Source: Kiloniellales bacterium (GTDB taxonomy: Bacteria; Pseudomonadota; Alphaproteobacteria; Kiloniellales; JBOHKJ01). Taken from it: DNA of 58,898 nt. Below are positions 9,407-19,085 of the stretch, piece by piece. The notes under the pieces were generated by a model. That model saw only the letters and a program-made list of their open reading frames with translations. It had not been told where the DNA came from and did not search any database. The position numbers and the translations under genes were made by a program. Every line of letters begins with the position of its first letter. Position 1 is the stretch's first letter. The stretch is from contig JBOHKJ010000288.1 in assembly GCA_050728975.1 (NCBI GenBank), forward strand, positions 1 to 58,898, read 5' to 3'.

Positions 9407-10336
9407 ATGCACCCGGCGAAGTCGGTCATTTTCTTCACCGTCGCGTCGGGCGCCGGTTATGGCCTGCTGGTGGCGCTGGCGGTGGCCGCGCTGGCCGAAG
9501 CACTACCGCCCGAGCCGGCTTTCGCGCTTTTGGCATTCGGGATTGCGCTCGCTCTGGTGGCTGCTGGGCTTCTGGCTTCGACCTTTCACCTCGGCCATCC
9601 CGAGCGCGCTTGGCGCGCGCTCAGCCAGTGGCGCAGCTCCTGGCTGTCGCGCGAGGGCTTGGCGGCGCTGGTGACCTTCCTCCCTGCCGGTGCCTTCGCG
9701 CTGCTGAAACTGGCCGGCGCCTCGGCTCTGCCGGTCGCGCTCGCCGCGCTGTTGACCGCAGCCGGCGCGTTCGTCACGGTCTACTGCACGGCGATGATCT
9801 ACGCTTCCTTGAAGCCGGTCCCGGCCTGGCACAGCCGCTGGACCGCGCTGGCCTATCTTGTGCTTTCGTTGATGAGCGGCGCGCTGCTGCTGGCGGCGCT
9901 GCTGGCGAGCTTCGCCGCGCCGGCCGCCGGCCCGGCGACCTTGGCGGCGTTGCAGTTGGTTCCAATTGGGCTGCTTGCCAAGCTCCGCTATTGGCAGGCG
10001 ATGCGGCGACGCCCCGCGCGCTCGAGCGTCGGCAGCGCTACCGGGCTCGGTTCTGGCCGCATTCGGCCCCTCGATCCGCCACACACCCAGGAGAACTACC
10101 TGATGAAGGAGATGGGCTTCCGCTTGGCACGGCGCCACGCGCACCTGCTGCGCTGGAATGCGGTTGCACTCGCCTTCGTGCTGCCGTTCGTTCTGCTGCT
10201 GGTCGCCAGCGCGGCGGGCGGCGCGCTCACCGCCTGGGCCGCGGTACTATCGGCGACGCTTGGCCTGCTGGTCGAGCGCTGGCTGTTCTTCGCCGAAGCC
10301 AAGCATGTGGTGACGCTCTATTACGACCGCGTTTGA
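9407..10336 (+). CDS. DmsC/YnfH-like membrane anchor subunit
   Basis: 309 aa and highly hydrophobic, about 8 predicted helices. Sits third in the operon after the Mo and FeS subunits. Confidence 0.8.
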   Translation: MHPAKSVIFFTVASGAGYGLLVALAVAALAEALPPEPAFALLAFGIALALVAAGLLASTFHLGHPERAWRALSQWRSSWLSREGLAALVTFLPAGAFALLKLAGASALPVALAALLTAAGAFVTVYCTAMIYASLKPVPAWHSRWTALAYLVLSLMSGALLLAALLASFAAPAAGPATLAALQLVPIGLLAKLRYWQAMRRRPARSSVGSATGLGSGRIRPLDPPHTQENYLMKEMGFRLARRHAHLLRWNAVALAFVLPFVLLLVASAAGGALTAWAAVLSATLGLLVERWLFFAEAKHVVTLYYDRV

Positions 10337-10342
10337 TCGCAG

Positions 10343-10375
10343 CACCGTGCGCCCGCCGGCGTTGCCGGCGGTGCA
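10343..10375. terminator. GC-rich hairpin between convergent genes
   Basis: CCGCCGGC (10353-10360), loop GTT, GCCGGCGG (10364-10371), extended by GCAC/GTGC. Only a weak T-tract follows. Confidence 0.35.
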
Positions 10376-10397
10376 GCGTTTGGTCAGTCGGTGAAGG

Positions 10398-10535
10398 CTA
10401 GAGTTGCGACAGCCAACCGAAGACAATGAATACCAGGACGAAGACAACGACACCAATGCCGACGCCTTCCGCCCAGTGGACGTGCTTCTTGCGCCCCTCG
10501 TTCGTCTGCTGACTGGTCTGAACCGATCTATACAT
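10398..10535 (-). CDS. Small (45 aa) tail-anchored membrane protein, hypothetical
   Basis: MYRSVQTSQQTNEGRKKHVHWAEGVGIGVVVFVLVFIVFGWLSQL. GGGAGG Shine-Dalgarno lies about 5 nt upstream of ATG 10535. The longer ORF-track version (to 10652) is Arg-rich. Confidence 0.45.
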   Translation of the reverse strand: MYRSVQTSQQTNEGRKKHVHWAEGVGIGVVVFVLVFIVFGWLSQL

Positions 10536-10892
10536 GCATGCCTCCCGCCGGCTTTTTCCGGTGCCGCTCGGCCGCGTTCGCTTCTGCTGGCGAAACTGAC
10601 GGCGCCGAGGGGGGTGCCGGAGGGCCAAGCCCTCGCTATGTCTTGGCAGCAAGTCTAGCAGGAGCGGCCGCCCGGCCCAAGTGCCACGCCGTTAACCAAG
10701 AGTCCCCTCGGCGCGCTTGACCCCGGCCTGCCTTGCCAAACAGCGGCCATTGGTGCTACTTGGCGCTTCTCTGGCGGGGCTTTCACGACTCCCTCCAGGC
10801 CCGGACTCCGCCAGGGGGACGGCAGGTGGCGGGGCACCGGACAGTGGCCCGTCGCATCGGTTGAAAACGCGCGAGGCGCGTTGGGGCCGATA

Positions 10893-10967
10893 GGGCGCGT
10901 AGCTCAGCGGGAGAGCACTACGTTGACATCGTAGGGGTCGCTGGTTCAATCCCAGCCGCGCCCACCA
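10893..10967 (+). tRNA. tRNA-Val (anticodon GAC), CCA encoded
   Basis: Cloverleaf folded by hand: acceptor GGGCGCG/CGCGCCC, D arm GCTC/GAGC, anticodon arm CTACG-TTGACAT-CGTAG, T arm GCTGG-TTCAATC-CCAGC, discriminator A, CCA. Confidence 0.9.
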
Positions 10968-11099
10968 TATAACAAACTGTAGGAGAAGGACGTCCCTAAC
11001 CGCTCGAGCTAGCCAGCGGAATAAAAACGAGTCCAGATTAAAGATCAGGTTCAAGAATTGTCGCCGCGGGCACTACCCGGATCGATGGGCCATCCGCTC

Positions 11100-12332
11100 C
11101 TAGGCACCGTAGAGCGCAACCGTAATACTCCTCGGTGCCCGCCCGGAAAACTCCCTGGAAGGGATTGTCAGACGTCGTTCGGGCAACACATGCAACCGCC
11201 GCGACCATACTTCGGTGCCGTCGGCCACGACCGAGAGACGGCCCCGTAACTCGTGCGATGCCCTGGCGTTGAAGGACCACGAGCCGAAGGTGTCGTCAGG
11301 GAACGAAACAAGCGCTGGGCAGAGGTATCGTAGGGCGCCGGCGGTCGAGACGCGGACGCGCGACTGCGGAGTCGGCAACCGCGCCGACAGATCGGCGATG
11401 ATCGCTTTCGCGCAGCGGAGACCGTCGCGGTAGCAACGTCCCGCGGTCTCGACTGGGTGGATCAGATTGCCAGTTGCGAAGTAGGCTGGATCCGAGCAGC
11501 GCCCGTACTGATCCGCCAAGGGCCCTCCGGTACAGGGATCCGAGATCAGGTGGCTCGACTCCAGAAGAGCGCTTTCCGGGCGGAAGCCGCCCGTAAACAC
11601 CACTCCATCACATTCGATTTGTCGTCGAACGCCCCGCGATTCCACGACGACGCCAGTGATGTGGGATCCGCCCTCGATCGCCACCAGCTTTGTTTCGGTC
11701 AAGACCGGCACGCAAAAAAGATAGCGTGCAATCAAGTCGCCCGGCCGCCGTGCCGTGATTCGTGCGTTCTCTTCGATCATCGCCACCGGGTTTATGCGAC
11801 CTGAGCGCATGGTCAGCAGCGTCGAGAAGGAAACCAACTCGCTGCCGACGATCACCGCGCGCGAGAAGGGACGCAGGCCCGCAAGATAGACCAACTGTTG
11901 CAAGGCACCAGTTGTGGTCACACCCCACGGTCGCGTGCCGGAGATCAGGCGAGGCGCTCGCGGGGTCTCTCGAACGCCCATCGCCAGAAGAACCCGCCGG
12001 CCGACGATCTGCTGCGGCCCGTCAGGAGTCGCGAGCCGCAGCCGCCCGCCTGGCTCCAATGCGCTCACCGTGACCGCGGTTCGTATTGTCGCGCCCGTGG
12101 CGGCGGCCGCACTTCGGCGCGCAAAGGCAGGTCCACTCATAAGGCGTCCGAATTCGCGCAGGCCGAAACCGGTATGACCGCAGTGGCGCGGCACGCCACC
12201 AGCCTCGTCCTCACGGTCCAGGACGACAACATCCTGGATTCCCGCTGCTACCAGACCTCGTGCGGTGGCCAGACCGGCCGGGCCCGCGCCGACGATCACG
12301 ACATCGTGGGTTTCGACGTCGATCGCACTCAT
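11100..12332 (-). CDS. NAD(P)/FAD-dependent (pyridine nucleotide-disulfide family) oxidoreductase
   Basis: Uses the internal ATG (MSAIDVETHDVVIVGAGPAGLATA...) of ORF 11100..12719. Rossmann GxGxxG motif. The start overlaps the upstream stop (ATGA 12329-12332). Confidence 0.8.
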   Translation of the reverse strand: MSAIDVETHDVVIVGAGPAGLATARGLVAAGIQDVVVLDREDEAGGVPRHCGHTGFGLREFGRLMSGPAFARRSAAAATGATIRTAVTVSALEPGGRLRLATPDGPQQIVGRRVLLAMGVRETPRAPRLISGTRPWGVTTTGALQQLVYLAGLRPFSRAVIVGSELVSFSTLLTMRSGRINPVAMIEENARITARRPGDLIARYLFCVPVLTETKLVAIEGGSHITGVVVESRGVRRQIECDGVVFTGGFRPESALLESSHLISDPCTGGPLADQYGRCSDPAYFATGNLIHPVETAGRCYRDGLRCAKAIIADLSARLPTPQSRVRVSTAGALRYLCPALVSFPDDTFGSWSFNARASHELRGRLSVVADGTEVWSRRLHVLPERRLTIPSREFSGRAPRSITVALYGA

Positions 12333-13759
12333 GACGCGATCTTGGTGGCGAGTGGCGGGGAAAAATACCCAGCGGTCATTTCGGCAATCCGACCGGAGCA
12401 ATAGAAGCCCTGGCAGCGTCCCAGCATGCAACGGGTGCGGCGGCGGAGACCTCCGAGATCGCGGGCCGGCAGAGGGCCGCCGAGTGCCGCTGCTATCTCG
12501 TTGCGCGTCACTCCTTCGCAATGACAGACGATCTCGCCTGCTCCCCGCATTTGGTAGGGGCGCAACTCGGCCTCGCAGAGATTCGGGACCCTCACCCACT
12601 TCGGATCCGGGCGCATCCGCAAGGCGCCGAAATGGGATTCGTAGAGCCTGGTGACGTATCGTGCGATGCCGAGAGAGCCTGTCAGACCGGTCGAACGAAT
12701 GCCGCCCACGGTGATCCACCGCCGCGCCGGTACCGCTTCTATCTGGTAGTCGGAATGCTGCGAGGCGGGGCGCAATCCGGCAAAGGTGGCGGTCACGGTG
12801 TGATTGCCGAGCTCCGGCACGATGCGTCGGCCGCGCTCCAGAAGTTGGGCGAGAATGTCCGATTCGACGGTAGCCAGGGCGCGGTCGTCTTGGTCCTCGG
12901 CGGTGGGACCGAGCAGCAGGTTACCGAACGCCGTGCGGGCCAGCAGCACGCCCTTGGTCCGTTCGTTCGGCACCGCGAGGATCGTCGCCGTAAGCAGGCG
13001 CGCGGCGGGTTTGTCGAACACGATGAACTGGCCTTTGCGAGGCCTGATGGCAAACGGGCTCGGCCGGCAGATCGCTTCGATCAAGTCGCCGTAGAGGCCG
13101 GCGCAATTGATTACCGTCCGTGCGCGGACGAGGCCGTGGCTGGTCTCGAGCCGCCAGACGCCGTCGATCTGCTGCCCACCGGTCACCGCGCAATTGCGCC
13201 GAATCGATGCGCCGTTGGCCAGGGCCTGCAGGGCATAGGCGAGGGGTGTCGACCAGGGGTCTATCACGTGCTCGCCTGGAACGACGACGCACTGCAGCGC
13301 ATCGCGCGCCAGATGCGGCTCGCGCCGATAGAGCTCCTCCCGGTCGATCTGCCTTACATCGGAGACGCCGCAGCGATGGGCGCGTTCGACGATTGTGGGC
13401 AGACGTCTCACTTCGTCCTCGTTCCAGGCGACCATGATCGCCGAGGTCTCCAGAAGCGGCAGGCCGAGCCGCTCGCGGATCGCCAGATACTCGGCATAGC
13501 CGTCGCGAACGCAGCGCAGTTCCAAGCTGTCCGGCGCGGCGTCGTATCCGCTATGCAGCAGCGCGCTGTTGGCCTTGCTGGCCCCACTCAGAATGTCCGC
13601 GCCGCGCTCGAGCAACACGGGCTCAAATCCAGCCAAAGCGAAGGCACGCAAGACCGCACAGCCGACTACGCCGCCACCGATCACCGCGATCTCGCAAGCC
13701 TGCTCCGCTACGCCGTCTTCCGCACCACGGGCTGAAGGCCTGTCCCCGGGCATTGTCAT
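12329..13759 (-). CDS. FAD-dependent oxidoreductase, GlpA/LhgO-like, with C-terminal BFD-like [2Fe-2S] domain
   Basis: EIAVIGGGVVGCAVLRAF...SKANSALLHSG (DAO-type FAD fold). C-terminal IVCHCEGVTRNEI...RRRTRCMLGRCQGFYC (BFD-like Cys motif). Start taken at the MTMPGD methionine. Confidence 0.85.
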   Translation of the reverse strand: MTMPGDRPSARGAEDGVAEQACEIAVIGGGVVGCAVLRAFALAGFEPVLLERGADILSGASKANSALLHSGYDAAPDSLELRCVRDGYAEYLAIRERLGLPLLETSAIMVAWNEDEVRRLPTIVERAHRCGVSDVRQIDREELYRREPHLARDALQCVVVPGEHVIDPWSTPLAYALQALANGASIRRNCAVTGGQQIDGVWRLETSHGLVRARTVINCAGLYGDLIEAICRPSPFAIRPRKGQFIVFDKPAARLLTATILAVPNERTKGVLLARTAFGNLLLGPTAEDQDDRALATVESDILAQLLERGRRIVPELGNHTVTATFAGLRPASQHSDYQIEAVPARRWITVGGIRSTGLTGSLGIARYVTRLYESHFGALRMRPDPKWVRVPNLCEAELRPYQMRGAGEIVCHCEGVTRNEIAAALGGPLPARDLGGLRRRTRCMLGRCQGFYCSGRIAEMTAGYFSPPLATKIAS

Positions 13760-13790
13760 GAGCTGGGTCCGGTCGCGGGCTGTCGCTGCT

Positions 13791-14630
13791 TCAGGCCGCG
13801 GACCCGGCCGACAGAAAGTCCGGACCGGCGGCACCCACATCTGATCCGGCCAGCACGACCTCGACCTCGGCGCGCTGCAATTCGCCGTTGACCTCCGGCG
13901 GCAGGCTCTCGGTCACTAGAACGTCGAGGTCGGCGAGCGGCACGGCAGATATCCTGGCCCGCCAGGCGAACTTTGCGCTGTGTACGAGCGCCACCCGGCG
14001 CTTTGCCTTGGTCGTCATCTTGCGGGCGAGCGCGGCGTCCTCGGCATTCATGAAGCACATACCGTCGGTCGCATTGAAGGCATCGCACGACAGGATCGCG
14101 AGGTCGGCGTTGATCTGCTCGACCATGCGCTCGGCAAAGGGCCCGCCGGTCGCCAGCGAGGTCGGGCGGATGAAGCCGCCCAGCAGGCAGATCGAGATTG
14201 CCGGGTTGGCCACCAGTATGCTCGGCAAGTTGACGGCCGGCGTGGCGACGAAGGCTTCGATATCAGAGGCGGCAAGCTCGCGCGCTACCGCTAGGATGCT
14301 CGAGCCGTCGTTGAGGAACACGGTGTCGCCGGCACCGATCAGTCGCACCGCCACCCGCGCGATCGCCCGCTTGGCGTCCACGTGCTTCTGCTCGCGGACC
14401 GCCAACGCTTCTTCGGCCGGCCGAACGCTTCGCGCAGAGGCGCCGCCGTAGCCGCGCTTGATCGCGCCCTCGTCCTCCAGGGCGGCGAGATCGCGCCGAA
14501 TCGTGGCCGGCGAGGCGCCGAGCAGGTGGCAAAGCTCGGCAACCGAGGCCGCGCCGCGGATCGCGAGCTCGCGCTCGAGGGCCCGGCGGCGCAAAAGCGG
14601 GCTACGTGTCAGGTCGCTCATAAGCGTCAT
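13791..14630 (-). CDS. DeoR/GlpR family transcriptional regulator
   Basis: N-terminal HTH (RRRALERELAIRGAASVAELCHLLGASPATIRRDLAALEDEGAIKR) followed by a DeoR C-terminal sugar-phosphate sensor domain. Confidence 0.9.
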   Translation of the reverse strand: MTLMSDLTRSPLLRRRALERELAIRGAASVAELCHLLGASPATIRRDLAALEDEGAIKRGYGGASARSVRPAEEALAVREQKHVDAKRAIARVAVRLIGAGDTVFLNDGSSILAVARELAASDIEAFVATPAVNLPSILVANPAISICLLGGFIRPTSLATGGPFAERMVEQINADLAILSCDAFNATDGMCFMNAEDAALARKMTTKAKRRVALVHSAKFAWRARISAVPLADLDVLVTESLPPEVNGELQRAEVEVVLAGSDVGAAGPDFLSAGSAA

Positions 14631-14817
14631 ATTCGGTTACGCCAAGCGGGCAGTCAATCAAGATTGGTCATGAATCGATCATAAAAATCTATCTAGACTG
14701 GCAATATAGATCGCTCTATGCTCCATCTGGCGCCAAAAATAATCAATAAGGCGCTATGCATTGCGCGTTGTCGCGCAGCCGTAGCCCCTACCAGGGGGAG
14801 CAGACAGGGAGAGAGAC

Positions 14818-16845
14818 ATGCTGGATTCAATTACAAGCGCCCGCTCGGCAGCGCGCGCCGCTACGGTCCTGGGAGCCGTTATCCTGGGCGGCGTGGGCTC
14901 GGCCGCGTTTGCAGCGACCTGCCCAACGGCCAAGGATCCTCAGGGCATCGAGACCTCGGCACCCAACCAGCTCGACCTGCCCGATTACGAGAAGCAGGTC
15001 GGACACGAGATCGAGCTGCAAGGGAACCCGCTGTTCGCGGCCATGGTCAAGAGTGGGAAGCTGCCCCCAGCCGAGGAGCGCGTGCCCGAGGACGCACTGG
15101 TCTATCTGCCTTACGAGGACTGCGGCCGCTACGGCGGCGTATTGCGCGGCCTATCGAAGGCGCTCGAGTCCGGCACCTCGGAGTTCCTCAGCTGGCGCCA
15201 AGTCAACCTGGTGCGACTGAGCGACGATTTGCAGACGATGGTCCCCAACGTCGCGAAGTCCTGGCAATGGAACGACGACTACAGCGAGATCACCTTTACG
15301 CTGCGCAAAGGACACAAATGGTCCGATGGCGCACCCTTCACCGCCGACGACGTGGTCTTCTACATCGATGACATCATCAAGAACGAGGATATACACCCGA
15401 CGATACCAGGCGACTGGGTGGTGCAAGGCAAGCCGGTCGAAATCGAGAAGCTCGACGATCAGACCTTCACCCTGACGTTCGGTGGACCCTATCCGGGATT
15501 CCTGCACTACCTGGCTACGGGCGGTTCGTTCTTCGCGCCCTACGCCCCGAAGCACTTCTATGCCAAGTATCACGCCAAGTACAATCCGGAAGCGGACGCC
15601 GAGGCCAAGGCCGCTGGCCACGAGAACTGGGTAAAGCGGTTCCAGCTGATCTGGCACAAGTGGAAAGACGCGGAAACCATTCCGCCGCTCGCCCTCGAGC
15701 GTCCAACACTGGAAAGCCACGTCCTGGAGCTGGAAACCAACACCCAGCGCAGACAATTCGTCGCCAACCCTTACTATTTCAAGATCGACTCGGCGGGCAA
15801 TCAATTGCCTTACATCGACCGCCACCACGAGCGGTTCCTCGACCAGGAGCTCTTCGTGCTCAGCATCATCAATGGTGAGGTCGACCAGAAGGCGCAGAAC
15901 GTTGGACTGAGCAACTATCCGGTGCTCAAGGAGAATGAAGCCAAGGGCGGCTACAAGGTGCTGATGCCGCCCGGCGCCTCCGGCCCAACCTTCGCTTTCA
16001 ATCAGACACATCCCGATCCCGTGCTACGAGAGATCTACGGCGATGCACGCTTTCGCACCGCCATGTCTCTGGCCATCAATCGCGACGAGCTCAACGAAGT
16101 ACTGTGGTTCGGTCTCGGTCGGCCGCAGCAGGCGCTCCCGCTGGGTGTGTCCTTCGTGACCGACGAAAATCGCAATTACATGATCGACTACGATCCGGCG
16201 AAGGCGAACGCCTTGCTGGACGAGATGGGCCTGAAGCGCGGAGCCGACGGAATGCGCCTGCGGTCCGACGGCAAGCCTTTGACGATCCTCTGGGAGTACT
16301 CGATCCAGTTCAGCGGCGGGTCCTCGGAGTTCGTGACGCTCGTCTCCGACTACTGGAAGGCGGTCGGCGTCAATGTGCTGCCCAAGGAGGTGACCACCCA
16401 GCTGACCCGCGAAAGAGCCACGGCCAACCAATCGGACATCAACATGGAGTGGGACACACCCTACGAGCCGAATCTGGTTAGCCAAATCTCGCTCTATATC
16501 CCGCCTTATTCCGATCTCTCACCGCTGGTCGGAGTGCCCTGGCGTGACTGGTTCAACAGCCAGGGCGCCGAGGGCGAAGAGCCGCCAACCTGGGTCAAGG
16601 AGCTCTATGCCCTTGCCGAAGAGTGGAAGACGGTCCTGCCGGGCAGCGATCGCTACAAGGAGATCGGGCGCCGGATGGTGGAGATCAACCTGAAGCAGAT
16701 GACCTTGATCGGCACGATCACCGATCTGCCGGGTCCGACTGTGGTCAAGGACAGCCTGCGCAACGTCACTGCCTGGACCGTGCAGCACTACAACTACGGC
16801 CGGACTTACCCCTTCCGCCCGGACCAGTGGTACCATGCCGAATGA
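14818..16845 (+). CDS. ABC transporter substrate-binding protein, family 5 (peptide/opine/nickel type), unusually long
   Basis: Signal peptide (AATVLGAVILGGVGSAAFA) followed by SBP_bac_5-like blocks. 675 aa. Confidence 0.9.
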   Translation: MLDSITSARSAARAATVLGAVILGGVGSAAFAATCPTAKDPQGIETSAPNQLDLPDYEKQVGHEIELQGNPLFAAMVKSGKLPPAEERVPEDALVYLPYEDCGRYGGVLRGLSKALESGTSEFLSWRQVNLVRLSDDLQTMVPNVAKSWQWNDDYSEITFTLRKGHKWSDGAPFTADDVVFYIDDIIKNEDIHPTIPGDWVVQGKPVEIEKLDDQTFTLTFGGPYPGFLHYLATGGSFFAPYAPKHFYAKYHAKYNPEADAEAKAAGHENWVKRFQLIWHKWKDAETIPPLALERPTLESHVLELETNTQRRQFVANPYYFKIDSAGNQLPYIDRHHERFLDQELFVLSIINGEVDQKAQNVGLSNYPVLKENEAKGGYKVLMPPGASGPTFAFNQTHPDPVLREIYGDARFRTAMSLAINRDELNEVLWFGLGRPQQALPLGVSFVTDENRNYMIDYDPAKANALLDEMGLKRGADGMRLRSDGKPLTILWEYSIQFSGGSSEFVTLVSDYWKAVGVNVLPKEVTTQLTRERATANQSDINMEWDTPYEPNLVSQISLYIPPYSDLSPLVGVPWRDWFNSQGAEGEEPPTWVKELYALAEEWKTVLPGSDRYKEIGRRMVEINLKQMTLIGTITDLPGPTVVKDSLRNVTAWTVQHYNYGRTYPFRPDQWYHAE

Positions 16846-16865
16846 AACTTGAGCGTCTTGCGAAA

Positions 16866-16890
16866 AAGGGGCGGACAGCGTCCGCCTCTT
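16866..16890 (+). terminator. Stem-loop after the SBP gene (attenuator or partial terminator)
   Basis: AAGGGGCGGAC-AGC-GTCCGCCTCTT: 11-bp stem including one G-U pair, followed by GTCGTTTGG. Confidence 0.4.
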
Positions 16891-16935
16891 GTCGTTTGGC
16901 TCGACACCTACGCCCAGCAGTGATTTTGGAGCGGG

Positions 16936-17940
16936 ATGGTGCTGCGACTCCTGATTCATCGTCTTTTCTACATGGTCGCGACGCTGGTCGCTGTCTCGGT
17001 CGTCGCCTTCGTCGTGATTCAGCTGCCCCCGGGCGACTACGCCGATGCCTATGCCAACAAGCGCCAGCAGGCCGGCATACCGGTAACCCAGCAGGAAATG
17101 GACGCGATGCGTCACACCCTGGGCCTCGACCGGGTCTGGTATGTGCAGTACGCGCGCTGGGCCGGCGCCATCGTGCTCGAGGGCGACCTCGGCTATTCCT
17201 GGGAGTGGCGGCGTCCGGTCGCCGACGTGATCGCCGATCGCATGCCGCTCACCCTGCTGATTGCCTTCTCGACGCTATTCCTGATGTACGCGCTAGCGCT
17301 GCCGATCGGAATCTACTCCGCAGTGCGTCAATATTCGCTGATCGACCACGGACTCACGATCCTCGGTTACATCGGCCTCGCGACGCCAAATTTTCTGCTC
17401 GCCCTGGTTCTCATGTACATCGGCCAGCAGTGGTACGGACAGAGCGTCGGCGGCCTTTTCTCGCAGCAATACGCAGACGCTCCCTGGAGCTGGGCCAAGC
17501 TGGTCGACCTGCTGCAGCACCTGTGGATTCCGGTGATTGTGCTCGGGACGGCTGGCACCGCGTACCTGATCCGCACTATGCGCGCGACCTTGCTGGACGA
17601 GCTCGACAGGCTGTACGTCATGGCGGCGCGCGCGGGCGGCCTTTCGCCGGCCCGGCTGCTCTGGCGGTATCCCGTGCGCATGGCTCTCAATCCGGTTGTG
17701 GCCACGCTCGGCTGGCGGCTGACCTACGTCATCTCGGGCGCGCCCATCGTCGGCGTCGTGCTGTCGCTGCCCGATAGCGGGCCGCTGTTCCTGCACGCGC
17801 TGCTCAATCAGGACATGTACTTGGCCGGGGCCATGGTCCTGATCTACTGCGCGCTAACCGTCATCGGCACTTTCGTCTCCGACCTTCTTCTGGCCCTGCT
17901 CGATCCGCGCATCCGGATCGCCGGACAGGAGCTGGCATGA
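16936..17940 (+). CDS. ABC transporter permease (DppB/OppB-like)
   Basis: BPD_transp_1-type permease with an N-terminal helix plus periplasmic loop. 334 aa. Confidence 0.9.
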   Translation: MVLRLLIHRLFYMVATLVAVSVVAFVVIQLPPGDYADAYANKRQQAGIPVTQQEMDAMRHTLGLDRVWYVQYARWAGAIVLEGDLGYSWEWRRPVADVIADRMPLTLLIAFSTLFLMYALALPIGIYSAVRQYSLIDHGLTILGYIGLATPNFLLALVLMYIGQQWYGQSVGGLFSQQYADAPWSWAKLVDLLQHLWIPVIVLGTAGTAYLIRTMRATLLDELDRLYVMAARAGGLSPARLLWRYPVRMALNPVVATLGWRLTYVISGAPIVGVVLSLPDSGPLFLHALLNQDMYLAGAMVLIYCALTVIGTFVSDLLLALLDPRIRIAGQELA

Positions 17941-19085
17941 TGGCGCTGAGAAACGCCCTCGCGATGGAGGGGCGCAGCGGTCTGTGGCACCGCAGGAAGC
18001 GCCGCCGGCCCGAGGTCGCCACCCAGTGGCAACTCATGTGGTGGAAGTTCCGCAAGCATCACATGGCGCTGATCGGCATCGTAGCGCTCGGCCTCCTGAC
18101 CCTGGTCTCGCTTTTTGCCGAGGCGATCGGCCCGGTTTCGCCGCAAGCACGCAATTCGCAGTATCTGGCCGGCCCGCCCATGGGCATTCACTTCTTCGAC
18201 AGCGACGGCCGCTTCCATCTGCGTCCCTTCGTCTATGCTCGCACGACGGAGCGCGATCCGGTGACGCTGCGCAAGATCCCGATCGTCCAGGAAGCCGTCC
18301 GCTGGCCGGTCCGCTTTTTCGTCCAGGGCGACAGCTACCGCCTTTGGGGGCTGATCGAAAGCGATGTCCATCTCTTCGGCGTCCAGGGCGGCTTCCTTCA
18401 TCTGTTCGGCACGGACACCCTGGGCCGCGATCTCTTTTCGCGCACGCTGCATGCAACCCGGGTCTCGCTCTCGGTTGGCCTGGTCGGTGTCACCCTGGCC
18501 TTCGCGCTCGGCGCGATCATCGGCGGCATTGCAGGATACTTCGGCGGCTGGATCGACAACGCCATCATGCGCCTGATCGAGTTCATACGCTCGATTCCCA
18601 GCCTGCCGCTCTGGCTGGCGCTCAGTGCCGCCCTGCCGCGGGATTGGACTTCGCTACAGGTCTATCTGGCGATCACGCTGATCCTGGCGTTGCTCGGTTG
18701 GACTCACCTGGCGCGCACGGTGCGCAGCAAGCTCCTGGCCCTGCGCCAGGAAGATTTCGTGCTTGCCGCGCGACTCTCGGGCTGCTCGGACGCCCGCATC
18801 ATTTGGCGCCATCTCTTGCCCGCATTCCTCAGCTACATGATCGTCGACGTTTCGATCGCCTTTCCGGAGATTCTGCTGGCGGAGACATCCCTGAGCTTCC
18901 TCGGACTTGGACTGCGCGAGCCGGTCGAGAGCTGGGGGGTCTTGCTGTACGCGGCTCAGAACATTCGCTCGATTGCGCACATGCCGTGGTTGTTGATCCC
19001 GGGCCTCTGGGTGATCGTGGCGGTGTTGGCCTTCAACTTCGTCGGCGACGGTATGCGCGATGCCGCCGACCCCTATTCGAAGTGA
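17937..19085 (+). CDS. ABC transporter permease (DppC/OppC-like)
   Basis: ATGA overlap with the preceding permease gene. EAA-like region LAARLSGCSDARIIWRHLLP. Confidence 0.9.
   Translation: MMALRNALAMEGRSGLWHRRKRRRPEVATQWQLMWWKFRKHHMALIGIVALGLLTLVSLFAEAIGPVSPQARNSQYLAGPPMGIHFFDSDGRFHLRPFVYARTTERDPVTLRKIPIVQEAVRWPVRFFVQGDSYRLWGLIESDVHLFGVQGGFLHLFGTDTLGRDLFSRTLHATRVSLSVGLVGVTLAFALGAIIGGIAGYFGGWIDNAIMRLIEFIRSIPSLPLWLALSAALPRDWTSLQVYLAITLILALLGWTHLARTVRSKLLALRQEDFVLAARLSGCSDARIIWRHLLPAFLSYMIVDVSIAFPEILLAETSLSFLGLGLREPVESWGVLLYAAQNIRSIAHMPWLLIPGLWVIVAVLAFNFVGDGMRDAADPYSK

Noticed and set aside
5591-9438. Long minus-strand ORFs (5591..6826, 7343..8470, 8329..9438) opposite the Mo-enzyme genes
   Set aside because: Same GC-driven open-frame artefact. 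The plus-strand frames carry the Fe-S and Mo-bisPGD motifs.
10692-11054. 120-aa minus-strand ORF
   Set aside because: It overlaps the tRNA-Val gene and has no coding signature.
14687-14711. Inverted repeat ATCTAT-N13-ATAGAT in the glpR-like/SBP divergent promoter region
   Set aside because: The 6-bp arms lie in an AT-rich stretch, so they are expected by chance. No second copy was found. Noted only as a possible DeoR operator.
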